From positions 18,971,360 through 19,035,359 of the forward strand of contig NC_043019.1 of NCBI RefSeq assembly GCF_006345805.1: a stretch of 64,000 nt of DNA, given 5' to 3'. The notes below the pieces were generated by a model. It was not told the DNA's origin, made no database searches, and saw nothing but the letters and a program-made list of their open reading frames with translations. The translations under genes and the position numbers were made by a program. This document shows positions 38,536 to 51,141 of the stretch, one piece after another (the first letter of the stretch is position 1; each line of letters opens with the position of its first letter). Source of the stretch: Octopus sinensis. Its lineage: Eukaryota.

Positions 38536-40094
38536 TTCAGAACAAAGTGTCAGTTGGGTACAGAGTAGAAATAAGTTAAAATGTCAAAAGAAAAATAAAT
38601 TTTGTGATTGAACTTCATTAGCTTACATCTGTTTCTGCCGTAAGATGAAATGCAGTTTTAGTTGAATGAAATGCAATTTCAATTGCACTTCATGCTTGAA
38701 GCTTTGATGAAGCTTATAGGTGATACACATTCAACCAGGAGTGCATTGCATCTTATGACAGAAACAGTTGTAAGCTAACAAGGTTCAGAACAAATTTCTG
38801 TTTTTTTTTTGTCATTTCAATTTCTTACACACACCCACACACAACAGGATACCATGCAGTTTCTAGTTACCAAATTCACACACAAGATATTGGTTGATCT
38901 GGGACTATAGTAGAAGACACTTGCCAAGGTGCAACTCAGTGAGACGGAACCCAAAACCACATGGTTGCAAAGCTAGCTTGTTAACCACACATCCATAAAT
39001 ATCTTTTGGTGATGAATATCAGTGAAAGATGAAAAACCAATGTTTTTCAAATGTTGTTTCAAATGAAATCCCTCATATTATTTATTCTGTCCATGTTGTG
39101 TAAACAATCCCTGATTGCTCTTGTCATTTGGAAAGCAGTGAACTCTTGAGCCAATGATGCAATTTATTGTTCACCACCCGTAATATATAATAGAAATAAA
39201 TAAATCACATACTTTTGTTGTTGTTGTTGACGTCATCATCATTGATGTCCATTTGTGCATGCTTGTCCGAGTCAGATGAAATTCACTGAAACAAATTTTC
39301 TACAGTTGGGTGCTCTTGCTCTCACCAACCATCACCTGTTAGCACAATGGCTGAATATATTCCTATGCAAGATTGCAAAGGAACAACAGCTCTTGTACAA
39401 TGGTGATATATATATATGATTAGCATGTGATGTAAAAACAAAGAGATATGAACACACACACACACATCTACCAAATCTAACTGCAAGGCTTTGGTCAGCT
39501 CAGGGCAAGAGTGGAAGACACTCGCCTGGGGTACCCTTCAGTGGGACTGAACCTGACACCAGATGGTTGTGAAGTGAACTTGTTAACTACACAACCATAT
39601 CTGTATCTATCGACTTAAGGATACTGAATAATGCTGAGACAAACTGTCTGGAAAAGGGGAATGACCACAGCATTGATTATAGATGTTTGACCTGGACTGA
39701 CCTGAGGTGAAACAACAACAACATGTAAAGTGGCACACCTCCAATACTGGCCTTCAGCTTCCTCACTAATATCATTATTAGATTCCCAGGTTTACAACAT
39801 CAACAAAAACAAAACTTAAGCAAGCGCTAATGTGTCACTACTTTGTTCTAGTGCAATCAGTCAAGGACCCCAATGGGGATGGGTGTAGTTAGTCTTTGAA
39901 TAACTTGTTTAAGCACTCTTACCCCCAAAATGATAGGAAGTTTTGAACAGGGTCAGGAGACATTTTGGCACAGCTGTTTCGGTGCCACTCCTTTTGCCAT
40001 GGATGATTTGATGTTTACTTATTTCTCTCTGTCTATCTCTTTATGTGTCTATATTTCTTCACATGTTTGAGGAAAGGGGAAGCGTCTAAATCAA

Positions 40095-41547
40095 TTGGAA
40101 TTTCTCTCTCTCTCTCACACACTCTTTCCTATTTGTATGTGTATATGACTACATGCACACGCACGTGTGTTTGTGTGTGTCCCTCTAGTGCCAAACAGTA
40201 TTGTTCCCAAAACAAGCTGGATGTCCAGTCAACTGCACTAAATCATCAGTATCCAATTGTTTCATCTTGTTGGAACGAACAGTGATGCCTCCTCTGGTAG
40301 ATGGAGGCCACAAGACTTTCCCACGATTAACTCTGTTAAAAGTGGATCTAATGAAAACAGTCAACGGTGCTGCCACACACTGTCATCATCATCTTGCAGA
40401 AGAAATTTGGTCCTTAACCTATGAACATCAAATGTAGCAGTTTGTGAATGAATCAAGAAAAATCCATTTCCTCAGAAAGTATCACAAATGAACCCCCGAA
40501 TCCTGTTTTCGGAGAAAAAAAGAAACACTAAACAATGTGCTAATATGTTTGTGAGTGGATTTGGTGGGTGGGAACTGAAAGAAGCGTGTTGTATATGTGT
40601 GAGGTGAGCACAGGCATCTGTCTGTCTGTCTCTCCTTGTCTTGATATCACATGATTGCAAATGAGTGTGACCATCATACCAGCTGTGTTCATTTGCAACC
40701 ATTAATGAAAACATGTCCAACCATGGGAAAATATCAGCTTACTTGGCAACAGGTGAGAGTTAAAAACAAGCAAGAAAGAAAAAAGCATCCAGCTGTAGAA
40801 AAAACCTGTTTCAATGAATTTTACCTGAACCCTGCAAGTATGGAAAAAATAGTAGATGCTAAAATGATGAGAAAACTTTTACAACATCAAAAGAGAGGAG
40901 AAAATCCAATAATGCATTCCAGAATGGATGATTTAGTTTCCTTTCTTTGCAGCTTGAGGAAACTGGTTGTATAATCGGCAAGAGTTTTACTTTGGCTTCT
41001 AACAAGGCAAAGAGTTCAAATCCTAGTAAAGCTGATATGAAAATACCAGAAGACAATTTAAAAAATATTCAAATATTCAAGAGTTTTTACCTTTCTCTGA
41101 AATAATCCATCTCAGAAGAACAACAAAAAATAAACAACAAAAAAAAATGCTATTTGAAAGGCATGCACACCACAGCATCCATACACATCCTCACCATTTA
41201 ATGCCCATGTTCCATTCTGGCATGGGTTGGACAGTTTCACAGAATCTGATAGCCTCAAGGATGGATTGCATCTTGCTCCCATGTCTGCCATGGCATGGTT
41301 TCATGCCTTTCCTATGGCCAACCACTTTGTAAGGTATACTTGAAGCATTTTTCATGACACCAATACAATATATGTATAATCATGGATACTGATGATTTAG
41401 GGCAGATGACTGGACATTCAGCTTGTTTTGGGAACAATACTGTTTGGCACTAGAGGGACACACACAAACACACGTGCGTGTGCATGTAGACATATACACA
41501 TACAAATAGGAAAGAGTGTGTGAGAGACAGACAGACAGAAATTCCAA
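40095..41547. repeat. Inverted duplication, ~160-bp arms (40095-40255 / 41383-41547)
   Basis: Arms align with only a few substitutions, including ccctctagtgccaaacagtattgttcccaaaacaagctg. Confidence 0.9.
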
Positions 41548-41790
41548 CGACCTCAAATGCACAAGAGTAAACAAGAGAGACAGAGACAGGCAGAAACAAG
41601 GAAAATGCCCCTTGTATTTGAATACTATGCAAATATTCTTTTAAAAAACTTTTCTTTTAACTTTTCCAAAATTGAATTGTTTTCCATACTTGCAGTTGAA
41701 AAAGTCTCAATGACTGAAACTGGTACTGAAATGGTTCTTATAAAATTACTTCAGTATTTTCTACCTTGACTTTATATATATATATATATA

Positions 41791-42195
41791 GGCAGAGGAG
41801 TAGTGGTGTGGTAAGAAGCTTGCTTCCAAACCACATGGCTCTGTATTCAGTCCCATTGCATGGCATCTTGGCCAAGTGTCTTCTACTATAGCCTCAGGCC
41901 GACCAAAGCCTTGTGAGTGGATTTGGTAGACGGAAACTGAAAGGATCCCGTCGTACATATGTGTATGTATGTGTGTGTATATGTTTGTGTATCTGTGTTT
42001 GTCCCCCCAAAATTGCTTGACAACTGATGCTGGTGTGCTTACGTCCCCGTAACTTAGTGGTTGGGCAAAAGAGACTGATAGAATAAGTACTAGGCTTACA
42101 AACAATAAGTCCTGGGGTCAATTTGCTCGACTAAAGGTGGTGCTCCAGCATGGCCACAGTCAAATGACTGAAACCAGTAAAAGAGTAAAAGAGAG
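41791..42195 (+). mobile_element. SINE head B + (TG)n + tail E, well-preserved
   Basis: tRNA-like head; tail ends aaaccagtaaaagagtaaaagag. Confidence 0.75.
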
Positions 42196-42448
42196 TACAA
42201 ACATGTGTGTGTAATTTCTAGGCACATAGCATGAGTAAATACTGAGGGTAGGCAGTAGGCATACCAGTAAGTCACATCATTAGTAGATACTGTGTAAAAT
42301 CCTTTACTTACAAATGCAGAAATGAAAAATGCTGCATGTAAACAGACGTTATTAAATAGATGCCATAGCAAATGTATTTAGTATTTTGGGTTTGAAAACG
42401 TTATATTTACGTATATGGGGGTGGGTGGGGTGATAATGCATTCCAGAA

Positions 42449-42486
<38 letters not shown>

Positions 42487-43404
42487 TGTGCGTATATTTA
42501 TGTGCAGGTATGTGGATGCTGCAGGGAAACGACACCATTCACAGAACATTGGTCCTTTAGCTTTCAGATTGCTGTCTTATGTTTATTGATTCACACAGCT
42601 TTAAATTGGTCATGCATCTTCTTTTAACATTGAGATTTTGGTGATGTGCTGTTTATTTTTAGAATAACATTGTATGAAAGGTGTGAGAGGCTGGATCTGG
42701 ATGGTCTGAGCATAAAACAGGTAGAATATTTGGACCATGGATATAACCGATTTGAATGCTGAATGGTTAAATAGTATTTCATAAAATCTCGCAACATTGG
42801 TCCCAACATTGGTCCCAACATCTCCTTTGCAGAGCTCACCACAAGTTTATGTGAAGAAGAGTTTTTAAGTACACTGTCCTTATATACAGCAGCCAGGCCA
42901 GCACAAACCTCTTGTAATAAACCCGTAAGAAAGAAAAATATGCCGAATAAAAAAAATATGGACATGAAAAAAGTGTGGTTAGTAATTCTCTGAAATAAAT
43001 AACTTAGTGGTTAATATTTTTAGAATGCTCTGCTTCTGGCAAAACAGCCGATAAATATTCTAATTTATGTCTCATAATACAATCAATGAAGCAACTATTT
43101 GATGTATAAATACTTTATACAAAGTGTTTGAAATTGTCGATATGTTGTAAACATTTCATAAATATATTTACAATTAGCTCACAAAATTGAGTGTTGGATG
43201 TAAAGTCTGTGTTGAATAGTAAGATGGGTGTATGTAGATGTGTGTGTGTGTGTGTATGTGTAGATATATGTATACTTGTGTATGTATACACATATATATC
43301 ATGGTTGTAACATATATACATACATGTGTGTGTGTGTGTATAACCCATGCTAGCATGGAAAACGGACGCTAAATGATGATGATATATATATATATATATA
43401 TATA

Positions 43405-43730
43405 GGGGGAAAGTTCACGAAAAAAACAAAAGACGAGGACAGGTGGTGTACAAACAAACAGATGTATTAGTATAACGCTCAGGAATAGAAAAAGTATTTT
43501 ACGTTTCGAGACTACGCTCTTCTACAGAAAGGGACACAGAAAGAAACAAGGAGAGAGAAAAAATATGTGTAGTGGCTAACGATCTATCATGGCGACTGCC
43601 AGACAGAAGGGCCACACAGGAGAGCGAAGAAGTAGGGGAGATAACAAAGTAAAGATGACCCCCAACACGAAGGTGCGTGTGTGTATAAGAGTATATATGT
43701 GCGTGTGAAAGAGGGCTGGTGGTTTATATA
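43405..43730 (-). mobile_element. Putative Penelope-type terminal-repeat fragment
   Basis: CpG-retaining segment between (TA)n tracts; - strand carries gaagagcgtagtctcgaaacgt, a hammerhead-like half motif. Confidence 0.4.
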
Positions 43731-43732
43731 TC

Positions 43733-44082
43733 ATCATCATTTAGCATCTACTTTCCATGCTGGTATGGGATGGATGGTTTGACAAGAACTGGCCAGGCGG
43801 GAGCCGGTACCAGATTTCTATGTCTGCTATGGCACAGTTACTATGGCTGGATGCCCTTCCTAACACCGACCATCCAGTAGAGTGGACTGAGTGCTTTTTA
43901 TGTGGCACCAGCACTGACAGGGTCACCAAGTAATTTGCAAGACAAGAAGTCTTTGAGAGGGGAAGGGGGCATTGGAGGTGGAGGGGATCTTGTGTCAGAT
44001 GATGAATGGTTAGAGTGTGACAAAGAGAAAGAGAGAGAGAGAAATAGGTGCCCTGCTGTAGGGGAGGTACATGGTTACCTGG

Positions 44083-44120
<38 letters not shown>

Positions 44121-46057
44121 ATGAGGACAGAAACAGGTGTTAAGGAGACACATGGTTACCCAGCTTGAGGGAAGAGCAGGAGAAGGAGAGAGAGAGAGAG
44201 TGAGAGATAGCAGGAATGCAGAAGAGAGCAAGAGGGAGATGGTGGCAAAATGCTGGGCATATTCACAAGGGACGGGGATCAGAATATAAATGGGTTGGTC
44301 GAGTAAGAGAAGAGAGAGAGAGATGATGGTAGCAAGTGCCAGGACATACCCTTGAGGCATGGAGGTCACAATATAAATGGCAGGGCATTGCCAAAGAAGC
44401 ATGAGTAGAGAGTGGGAGATGGGAATGCAGTGAGTGGTGAAAACCTGGGTATATATACAGGTGGTGATGGTTGGGGGAGGATGGACTACAGGATAAGTCA
44501 TGATACAGTGAACAGGGCCATGAGGACAGCAATTAGGGTGTGAGAGATAAGTATAGTGTATGAAATAGGAAACACGAGGAAGAGAAATGTAGTTTGGTTA
44601 GTTGCAGTAGGGTGTGTGAAAAGTTTTATTACATGGGAGTGGAACACAGCACTTCTAGAACTCAGTTCTGCTGAAGTGAGCAGGTCTTCTCAAGAACCTC
44701 ATATTGCCAGACATCTTGCTCCATTGTCATTTCCTTCATCCCATGTCTTCCTAGGTCTCCCCCATCCATGGCACTTATTTTATACAGCTGTCCTCATTCA
44801 TATGTGTCAAATGTCCAAGCACCAACACAGTCTTCTCTCTTGCATGCTGCATTTGATTCCTCTTCTGCCCAACTTTTCTCTCAATACACTCTGTTGTACA
44901 CGCATACTAATGTTGCACATCCAGTGGAGCATACTACCTTCATTTCTCTCCAATCTATGCATGTCTTCAGCATTCAGAGCCCATGTCTCACTCACTACCC
45001 TGGAGTACAGCCATTCACACACAAGCATCATGTAGTCTACCTTTCATTCTGAGAGAGAGGCCTTTTGTGGCCTGCAGAGGTAATAGCTCTGAACTTCCTC
45101 CATCCTATTCTTATTCTAGAGACAATACTTTCAGAGCATCCACCACCATTTCTAATCTGGTCACCTAGGTAACAGAAACTATCTACAACTCCAAGAGATC
45201 CTCCTCCTGGGAATTTGAGAGAATCTAAGTCCCATGTGCTCTTAGTGCTTATTGTTCCTGCACACCTGCCACATACAAAGACAACTTTACCTGTTAATCT
45301 ACCTGTGATTCCACTGCACCTCTTATATGTCCACCTCCTTCTTCCACCACCATGCTGACCACCTCTTTGTTCCACCATATCACCTGCAGTCTAGCTGGGA
45401 CTTTGTACCATCCACAGATTTGGTCTGCAGCCCACAGTATATTGTCCTGCAGGAACTTCCAATTCTCCTCTAAATCAGTTTTTTTTCCCCAATGTGCTAT
45501 GGACAGGTAATATTTCTTAGTAATATTAATTTATACCGGAAACAATATATATAATGAATATAATAAAAGTTGACAATTTTGTTTTTTATCTTATATTTAT
45601 TTTATAAACATATAACAGAATATTAGATAAGCATTTTATAATGTTTCTTTCTTTTCTGGAAACTCACTGTGTACCGGCAGCTGATAGCTTGCAGACTGGT
45701 GCCAGTCCACGGACCACCACTTTGAGTAGCACTGCTCTAAGCTATATGTCCCTACTTCCTCCTCTCTATCAATAGAAGCTTCCAGTAGAATGTCTCTAAA
45801 TTTCTGTCAGCTGGGTTTTTGAGCTCCATAATCTTCTTTTCCAATATGGGTTATTTTCCCAAGTCTTTCTAGCCCTAATTCTGAAGTCACTAACCAGTAG
45901 CTTATGTTGGGGTGTACACTCTTCACCTGAGAAAGACTTTGCATTTGTCAGCATCTGCCTATCATGTCACCAGGTGAGAAGGTAATTGATCTGGCTTATG
46001 AGCCCACCAGACTGATAAGCGATTAGGTGGCTGGCTGCTTTCCTGAAGTCAGAGTTG
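43733..46057 (-). mobile_element. Second RTE copy, internally deleted and interrupted
   Basis: (GAT)n tail at 43733; SETWALNAEDMHRLERNE; VVFVCGRC...DSFCYLGDQI; 45390-46050 co-linear with 10890-11285; RT core absent. Confidence 0.85.
45476..45734. mobile_element. hAT/Charlie-type MITE (259 bp) nested in RTE
   Basis: Right TIR cactttgagtagcactg, degenerate left cagttttttttccccaatgtg; 8-bp TSD ctctaaat / ctctaagc (6/8). Confidence 0.7.
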
Positions 46058-47125
46058 TATCAAGTCATTCCATAAGTTCTGCCCAATTTTACCTTTTTTA
46101 AAACTGAATGAAGTTTAATAGTATTTTAGAATGTCTAATGGAATTAAAAATTATCTTTATGCATTTATGTACATTAAACTAATTACAGAATAATAGAATT
46201 AAAATTTCTTTGATTAAAACCCTTTCTAACATGGAAGTATCCAAAGAGCATTTGTGGCACATAAGGCTTTATGAGTACAAAAAGGAATCTCTGCAACCAA
46301 AGGACTCGAAACATACACTCAGTTTATGGGAAAGAATGCTTGAATGAAAGAACTTGCAGAAGATGGTTTGCAAAATTCAGAAGTGGAGATTTCAGCCTTG
46401 AAGATGAAGATCGAACAGGACGTCCAGTTGAGTTTGATGATAAGCTCCTTGAGGCATTATTTGAAGAAAATCCTGCATTATCAGTTGAACAATTGGCAAT
46501 AAAGCTTAGTTCAAACCATACAACTGTTCATTGTCATCTTCAACAACTTGGAAAGGTTCCTAAACTTGGAAAATAGGTGCCTCATGAACTGTCCAAAAGC
46601 AACCGCAAATCCTGAGTTGACATCTGCTCTTCTCTCCAAAGAAATTCATTCTCGTGAACTCTTTCACCCTTTTTGGATAGACTTGTGACTGGTGATGAAA
46701 AATGGATCTTCTATCGAAATGTTAAACATTGTAAACAGTGGCTTTGTAAAAGGGAAAAAGCTCAACCACAACCGAGAAGGGAACTTCATGGGAAAAGGTT
46801 CTCTATCTGGTGGGATTGCAAAGGAGTAATTCACTTTCAATTGTTACCACCTAATGCAACAATCAATGCTCAAGTCTACTGTCAGCAATTAGAGCGTTTG
46901 AACTAAGTTTTGAAGAAAAAAAGACCCGTTTTAGTGAATCGAAAAGGAGTGATGTTTCATCAGGACAATGTGTGACCCCACACTGCAAAGATCACATCAC
47001 AGAAGATCCTCATCCACCTTATTCTCCCGACCTTGCTCCTTCAGACTACCATTTGTTTCGTAGTTTACAGAATCATTTGTGGGACATAACTTTCGCAAGC
47101 CAGGAGGAGGTCGAAACTGACAGTT
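46058..47125 (+). mobile_element. Mariner (DD34D) transposon relic
   Basis: TA + TIR-like tcaagtcattccataagttctg; ORF from ATG 46231 with GRP, K*VPHEL, TGDEKW (46688), HQDN (46958), YSPDLAPSDYHLF (47020); frameshifts; right end missing. Confidence 0.92.
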
Positions 47126-47951
47126 ACAACATATGACATGTCCTAGGACTTTCACACCTAATAGCATCAATCTATCTCCTCACTTGACTATGGTTGATTC
47201 CTTTCAGAAGGAAAGAAAAACTTAGAGAAAGAGAAGAATTGATCTCTTGTGCAGGATTGTTACTTTATTTAATGACCCCAAAAGATGAAAGGCAAGGATG
47301 ACCTCAGCAGAATATGAGCTCATAGTAAAGAGAGGAGCTAGAATGCTTGCCACCAAGCAATCTAGCCATCCTTCTAACACCTCTATCAATTGGTCACCCA
47401 TTGGTACTTCAAAGCCGATAGCAAGCATGATATCATTCTTTTACCTCAGCCTACACCATTAACATTCCTCTGGTCTTAACCTAACCCCACCCCCATCACA
47501 ACCAACCCCCTCACTGGCCCCTACACCACAACTCACTTTTTCACTTCTAGAATGCTGCTGCCTGAGCAGCACATCCTTGCTTCCTTTTGCATCTCCTTTC
47601 CTTCGACACCCATCATATCATCATCTGCATCCCCAGCCCTTCGCTACAATGATTCATACTGCAGCCTCGTGTGTGTGTGTGTGTGTGTGTGTGGATGGAA
47701 AGATGGGTAGGAGCAGCCAGCAACAAAAAAGGGGCAAGGTGAAGGACAGATAAAGCAATGTGGAATGGCTGGGCAGGTGGTGGTTATCGGGAAGAGACGG
47801 GGCAGTTCCCTATGAAGATTGAAGAAAACAAATGAGAATTTCTGAACTCACAGAAGGCAGATAATGATTAATATGAACAACTAAATACAATACATACATG
47901 CAGAAATACATACAACACAAAAAATACAATATATAATGTGTGTGTGTGTAT

Positions 47952-47988
<37 letters not shown>

Positions 47989-48050
47989 AGAGGCCTGAAA
48001 ATCATACTAATCTTTCAAATAATTTTTCTGTTCAACCCTTGGCAATTTTA

Positions 48051-49110
48051 ATGGAGAAATTCAGCACAGCCCAAAGGACAGATAATATAGAATTATATTT
48101 TGAAAATTCGTTGGCAATTGTGGTGGGACAAAGTTCCTGCAGGAGAGTCTTTCGAGAGAAGAATCTGCCTTTTAAATCTATGGTACTCCGTCGGATTTAT
48201 TGTTTCTAACAACAGGAATCTGTGGTCGTCAGGAGACCTAGTTCCATGAGAACCCCTGGAAACAGGCCCCCACCAAGCTGCAGCAATGTTGATTCAATAT
48301 CGTTTCTGAGAGTTTCATATCTCCAGAATATTCTTACAGCTAATCTATATAGAATTACATATGTATCCATTCAGAGTGCAATTAATGTAAGAAATAAAAC
48401 TAGTGGATTACCAATGACCACAGGATTATGATTTTTCATTTCATACTTTCCAATAATTGACAGTCAAATTTTTTATTTTGCAAAAGAATTTGAGGGTAAA
48501 TAATGTAAAAAGTTTTGGACAAATTTCCTTCCCCATGAGATAGAAATAATTATTCCAGAAGTTAACCAATTTGACTATGACACCCATCTCGGGATTATAA
48601 GGGTTTGTTAATCCTTTAGTAAATAAAATAAAAAATAGCTGTTGATAGTAGGAAAGGACGATTCCCTTTTGAGGCAAGAGATGGGGATTGATTTCTTTAC
48701 AAATTAATCCTGGATGCTGGTGTTCATTTCCAGCTTAATGGCTATGTTAATAAAAGAAATACCAGATTTAGGGGGAAACAAAAGCTGAGAGCCATCAGTG
48801 TAAATTCACAATGAATAATCAGCTCATATTTCTTCAAGGATGAGAGAGAAAATGCACGAATAGCAACTGATGGCTGATGCCACTAAATGTGAGAGGAATT
48901 TCTTTGACCAGCTGCTCCGGACATAATGGTCTGAGGGCAATAAGGTGGAACAACAGACCATACTGCAAGAGAGATTGTTTGGAGAATTATTTATTTCAAG
49001 AAATACAAATCTCAACTGACAAATCAATTTGTTTGATTTAATCATCCCAGACTTCCTCCTTTGGAGCCACTAAAGAACTGTACTTCCATGACAATCCCTC
49101 CATATACAAC
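48051..49110 (+). mobile_element. Tc1/mariner transposase relic of the rosa/maT-like (DD41D/DD37D) type
   Basis: MEKFSTAQR..IELYFEN, YLQNILTANL, HFQLNGYVNKRN (cf. DEAHFHLNGYVNKQN), SYFFKDE, DHTARE, FGELFISRN, DFLLWSH; many stops; extra ~230-260 bp between ~48380 and 48640. Confidence 0.8.
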
Positions 49111-50062
49111 AGATGAAGAAAGACAGACAAGATAAAATTTGTGCACTGAGCCTGGTGTAGCTCTCTAGTCAAACCATCCAACCCATACCAGCATGGTAAA
49201 CATATTAAATGATGATGATGATGATGCAGACATGTTGACCTGAAAGCATCTTCCTTAATTTAAAAAAAACCGTCTAAATGTTATTTTGTCAAGTAGGAAC
49301 ATTATTTCATTCCCTAAATAAATTCATTCTGTTTTTTAACATCTGTGCTGCATGCATCCATATGGGAAGTCGACAGTAGGCTGATTGTTATTGGTCAACA
49401 TAATGCACGTGGTTGAATATCTAGCAGATGAAAAGTGATTAGACTTTTGTAATTTAATGATTGTCAAGGAAACCCCAACAAAGCTTGTTGAATCTAATGG
49501 CTTTTAATTTGTATCAGTGAGCATGACCCTTCTTGGCACACGGAGGACACCTTTGCCAATGACAACAATGAAATAGGATTGCTAAGCTCTGGTGAAGGAC
49601 TATCTCCAGCTGCTTAAATACTTGTAAAACTGTTAGAGAAAAACCAACAGTTTTATGTCCAGTTGGAGGATAGAGTGGGTTTATCAAGTACGCCCCTGTA
49701 CCCTGAAGATATTTGGATCCTTAGTTTCTAGATAAATTGAGAAAAGGATGTGAAGTTTTCCCTGATACCTGCACTAAATGAATGAAGCTATTGCTAACAC
49801 TTGAAAGTGCTAATAGGGGACCTTGTGTAAATCTTTAATCAGGAGTTGTGACAAATGCTTGATACAAAATCCCTTTGCCTTGAAGGGTTTACTTGAATCC
49901 ATCAACACTAGGACTTATTCTGTTAGTCTCATTTGCTGAACCAGGTTACAGGGATGTAAACAAACCAATACCACATACACACCCATCACATTATTCATAT
50001 ACACAGTCATACAAAAAAAAAGATAAATTTAAAGCAAGTAAATGACTTTTGTCCATTTCAGT

Positions 50063-50236
50063 GATGAATATCCCAGTTGCTCCATCAACTGAACAATCTA
50101 CTCATTTGTTATTAGCAAACATAAGTGGCTGAGTATTCCAAAGAGATGGATGAATATTCCAGTTGCTCCATCAACTGAACAATCTACTCATTTGTTATTA
50201 GCAAACATAAGTGGCTGAGTATTCCAAAGAGATGGA
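50063..50236. repeat. 86-bp tandem duplication (2 copies, 1 mismatch)
   Basis: gatgaatat...ccaaagagatg repeated at 50063 and 50149. Confidence 0.95.
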
Positions 50237-50417
50237 CCCGTAACATAATTTTGATGTTGAATCACCATGTGTGACATATGCAATGGGCTTCCACACAGTT
50301 TTCACCTATAAAAGGTTTGGGATGACCAGAGGTTATAGAAAAAGACTTTTGGCCAAAATAACAAACAGTGGAATTGAACCTGCAAGCTTCTTAATCACTC
50401 AGCTTGCAATTGTGCAT

Positions 50418-50480
<63 letters not shown>

Positions 50481-51141
50481 CCTTATCTGTGTATATGCAT
50501 TCTCTAAACACACAGCTATAACCCTCTTCCTCCCCCTTACAAGCACAGTTGATACTAATCAACTTAATTTTATTACGTGTAATGCAAAAGAAGTATGCAT
50601 GTGTGTATGCTGTATGCAGGTTGTGTGAGACAACAATAATGGTTTTAGCTTAGGTTAATGGTACAGCACAGCGGTAGAGAGAGAGAGAACAAAGAGAATA
50701 GCAACAATAATAACAACAACCTATGACAAAAGATTTGTACAAAAGATTGTTGATGAATAAGAATTTCTTTGGAGTAAATGCAAATCATATTCCTATTTTA
50801 AATGAATGACAGAATGAGTTTTCACAAAACTGAATTAAGATTATCAGTTAAGTATTAGGACCAATTTCATCAACACTTCTCTCACCAAAACCTTGTGGCT
50901 CTGTGCCTCTGGCAGAATTGTTAGCAAGCCATACAATATGCTGGGTGACATTTTGTCCAACTTTATGTTCCAAGTTCAATTTTGCCTTTTATCCTTTTAG
51001 GATCAATGTAATAAGTACCAGTTATGCACAAGGGTTAAAGTAATTGACTAATTTCCATCCCACCAAGTTTCAGGCCTTCAGCCTAGAGTAGAACTTATTA
51101 CAATAATAATAATAATAATAATAATAATTATTATTATTATT

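Noticed and set aside
49518-49617. Exon candidate EHDPSWHTEDTFANDNNEIGLLSSGEGLSPAA*
   Set aside because: Short, no homology recognised, and phase does not fit the other candidates.
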